From Macrostomum lignano (taxonomy: Eukaryota), in assembly GCA_002269645.1 (NCBI GenBank), contig NIVC01000262.1:248001-312000 (forward strand): a DNA stretch of 64,000 nt, read 5' to 3'. This document shows positions 63,863 through 64,000 of the stretch, piece after piece. The translations under genes were made by a program, and so were the position numbers. The notes under the pieces were generated by a model that saw only the letters and a list, made by a program, of their open reading frames with translations, was not told where the DNA came from and searched no databases. The first letter of the stretch is position 1. Every line of letters starts with the position of its first letter.

Positions 63863-64000
63863 CTGGTGTGGTTTGGAGGGAGGGGAGGATGATCGGAATA
63901 ATGGACCAGATTTATGAGATGGAAACTAATTGTTTGTTAAACCTAGACCATTATGGAAGATTAGGAGTTACTATTTTTGGGGAGGTTTCGTGCGGTAAAG

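Overview
Eukaryotic (metazoan) genomic DNA. GC-rich exons with poly-Q/A/G runs and introns packed with short-period minisatellites resemble a free-living flatworm such as Macrostomum (inference, not proven). I reconstructed three spliced genes with phase-consistent GT-AG junctions: a Goliath/GRAIL-type PA-TM-RING-H2 E3 ligase (minus, 25598 to at least 19706), a ZU5-ZU5-UPA-death-domain DTHD1-like gene (plus, 32393-41822) and the 3' two-thirds of MADD/Rab3-GEF (minus, 63862-51175). There is also an intronless DEG/ENaC channel ORF (minus, 45652-47352/47418). Mobile DNA includes a young 5'-truncated RT-RNase H LINE inserted in a 45-bp satellite and a tRNA-derived SINE family in four copies or fragments. 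The most notable feature is a 4.9-kb segment (42940-47833) bounded by CACTGTAAA...TTTACAGTG inverted termini and a perfect 5-bp TACCG target-site duplication. It contains a decayed SAMD3-like ORF and the intact DEG/ENaC gene, making it a candidate CAC-ended (Transib/CMC-like) DNA transposon carrying an ion-channel gene as cargo. About 25 distinct tandem arrays account for most of the long repetitive ORFs in the track, which are not genes. All alignments were done by eye; no database search was run.
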